From the human T2T-CHM13v2.0 reference genome, Homo sapiens, in NCBI RefSeq assembly GCF_009914755.1, contig NC_060936.1: 64,000 nucleotides of DNA; one strand, given 5' to 3'. Made by a program: the position numbers and the translations under genes. The notes beneath the pieces are model-generated. The model worked only from the letters and a program-made list of their open reading frames with translations, made no database searches and had not been told where the DNA came from. Position 1 is the first letter of the stretch, and each line of letters opens with the position of its first letter. Shown in pieces: positions 61,485-64,000 of this stretch.

Positions 61485-61639
61485 AGGGTCCACTGGGTGA
61501 CACTTGTCTGAGGTGACACAGCCCAGGAGGGATGAAGCCAGGGTTTTGCCCAGGACCACCTGCTCAAAAGCCCATGTTCCTTCCACCTGCTGTGGCTGCT
61601 CCATTGGGAGCACTCAGGAGGTACAGCTGCGTCCCACAT

Positions 61640-62195
61640 CACCAAACTGTAGCCGCTTCAAACAATGTACATTAACTATCTCACCTTCTTTGGGGGCCAG
61701 GAGTCCAGGCATGGCTTTGCTGGGTCCTCTGCTCAGCATCTCACCAGGCTACAACCAAGGTGTGGGTGGAGCTGTGTTCTCATCTGGAGGCCTGACTGGG
61801 GAGGGATCTACTTCCACGCTCCCTCACTTCCTCAAGCTAATGGCAGAATTCATTTTCTTGCAGCTGTAGGATTCAGGGCAGCTTGCTTCTTGAAGGCCAG
61901 TGGGCAGGGAGGGGATGGGATGGAGAGAAAGAGAGAGAGAGAGAGAGAGCCACCTCCTGTTTCTCACCTCTGAACTCTCAAAGGGCTCCCCTGATTAGGG
62001 CAGGCCCACTATGGATCATCTCCCTTTTGATTAACACAAAGGCAACCAATTAGGGATCTTGCTGCCATATGTAAATTCCCTTCATTTTGCCATATTCTAT
62101 TGGTTAGCAGCAAGTTACAGGTTTCACTGACATCCAAAGGGAGAACATTACATAAGGGTGGGGGTTATTGGGGGTCATCTTAGAATTCTACCTCT
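61640..62195 (-). mobile_element. MLT1 LTR
   Basis: ggcagaattcattttcttgcagctgtagg...ggtcatcttagaattctacc. Confidence 0.75.
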
Positions 62196-62269
62196 CAAAG
62201 GGAGTGAATGTTCTGATCAAGCAATGTTTAACTAGCAATTTGCATTTGGGGTGCTTTTTTTAAAAAAAA

Positions 62270-62692
62270 TTGTCGTAAAATCGACATCACATGAAATTTA
62301 CCATTTTAACCATTTTTAAGGGTACAGTTCAGTGGCATTAAGGACATTCACGTTATTGTGCAACCACCACTACTGTCCATCTCCAGAAGCTTCTCATCTT
62401 CCAGCTGAACTCTGTCCCCATGAAACACTAACTCCTATGCCCCCTCCCCCCAGGCCCTGGCAGCCCCTCTTCTCCTTTCTGTGTCTAGGAATCTGATTGC
62501 TCCAAGGTGCCTCGCATAAGTGGGATCACAGGGTCTCTGTCCTTTGTGTCTGGCTTCTTTCACTCGGCACAGTGTCTTCCAGGTGGACCCGTGCTGTGGC
62601 CTGTGTCAGAAAGCTCTTCTTTTTTCAGGCCAAACCCTACTCCAATGCATGATTAGCCCAAACCTTGCCTATCCATCATCCATCGGTGAATT
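62270..62692 (-). mobile_element. L1MB-like 3' UTR (resumes after 63874)
   Basis: aaatttaccattttaaccatttttaagggtacagttcagtggcattaag. Confidence 0.85.
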
Positions 62693-63873
<1,181 letters not shown>

Positions 63874-64000
63874 CATCCTTGGGTAGTTTTCACATCAGGA
63901 TATTGAATGATGCTGCTATAACCATCGGTGCACAGATAGCTGCTTGCATCCAGGGCTGCTGTCAGATTTTGGCTGGGGACCGTAGCCAGGCCGGTGCCGA

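Overview
Human (primate) genomic DNA that is GC-rich and repeat-dense. I see no credible protein-coding exon. A CpG island at about 13.5-15.3 kb carries the non-coding first exon of a minus-strand gene, ending at an AG|GTGAGT donor (14602/14601). From memory, that exon matches the 5' end of the NCOR2 (SMRT) mRNA on 12q24.31; I could not check this against a database. Positions 1-14601 would then be NCOR2 intron 1, and about 15-64 kb upstream sequence. The window holds roughly 35 Alus plus MIR, L2, L1, MLT1/LTR16/MER41A LTRs, hAT/Mariner MITEs and a long CR1/L3 fossil. The ORF-track entries are Alu, low-complexity or GC-rich chance ORFs. I found no convincing new gene system. The most unusual structures are: (i) a diverged ~200-270 bp inverted repeat at 58.3/59.2 kb with perfectly matching motif cores; (ii) four apparent templated-insertion scars inside transposons, two with a visible local donor; (iii) a TSS-dependent uORF and a candidate 141-nt cassette 5'UTR exon of NCOR2; (iv) tandem duplications that double G-quadruplex or transcription-factor motifs. 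Repeat boundaries and subfamily names were assigned by eye and are approximate.
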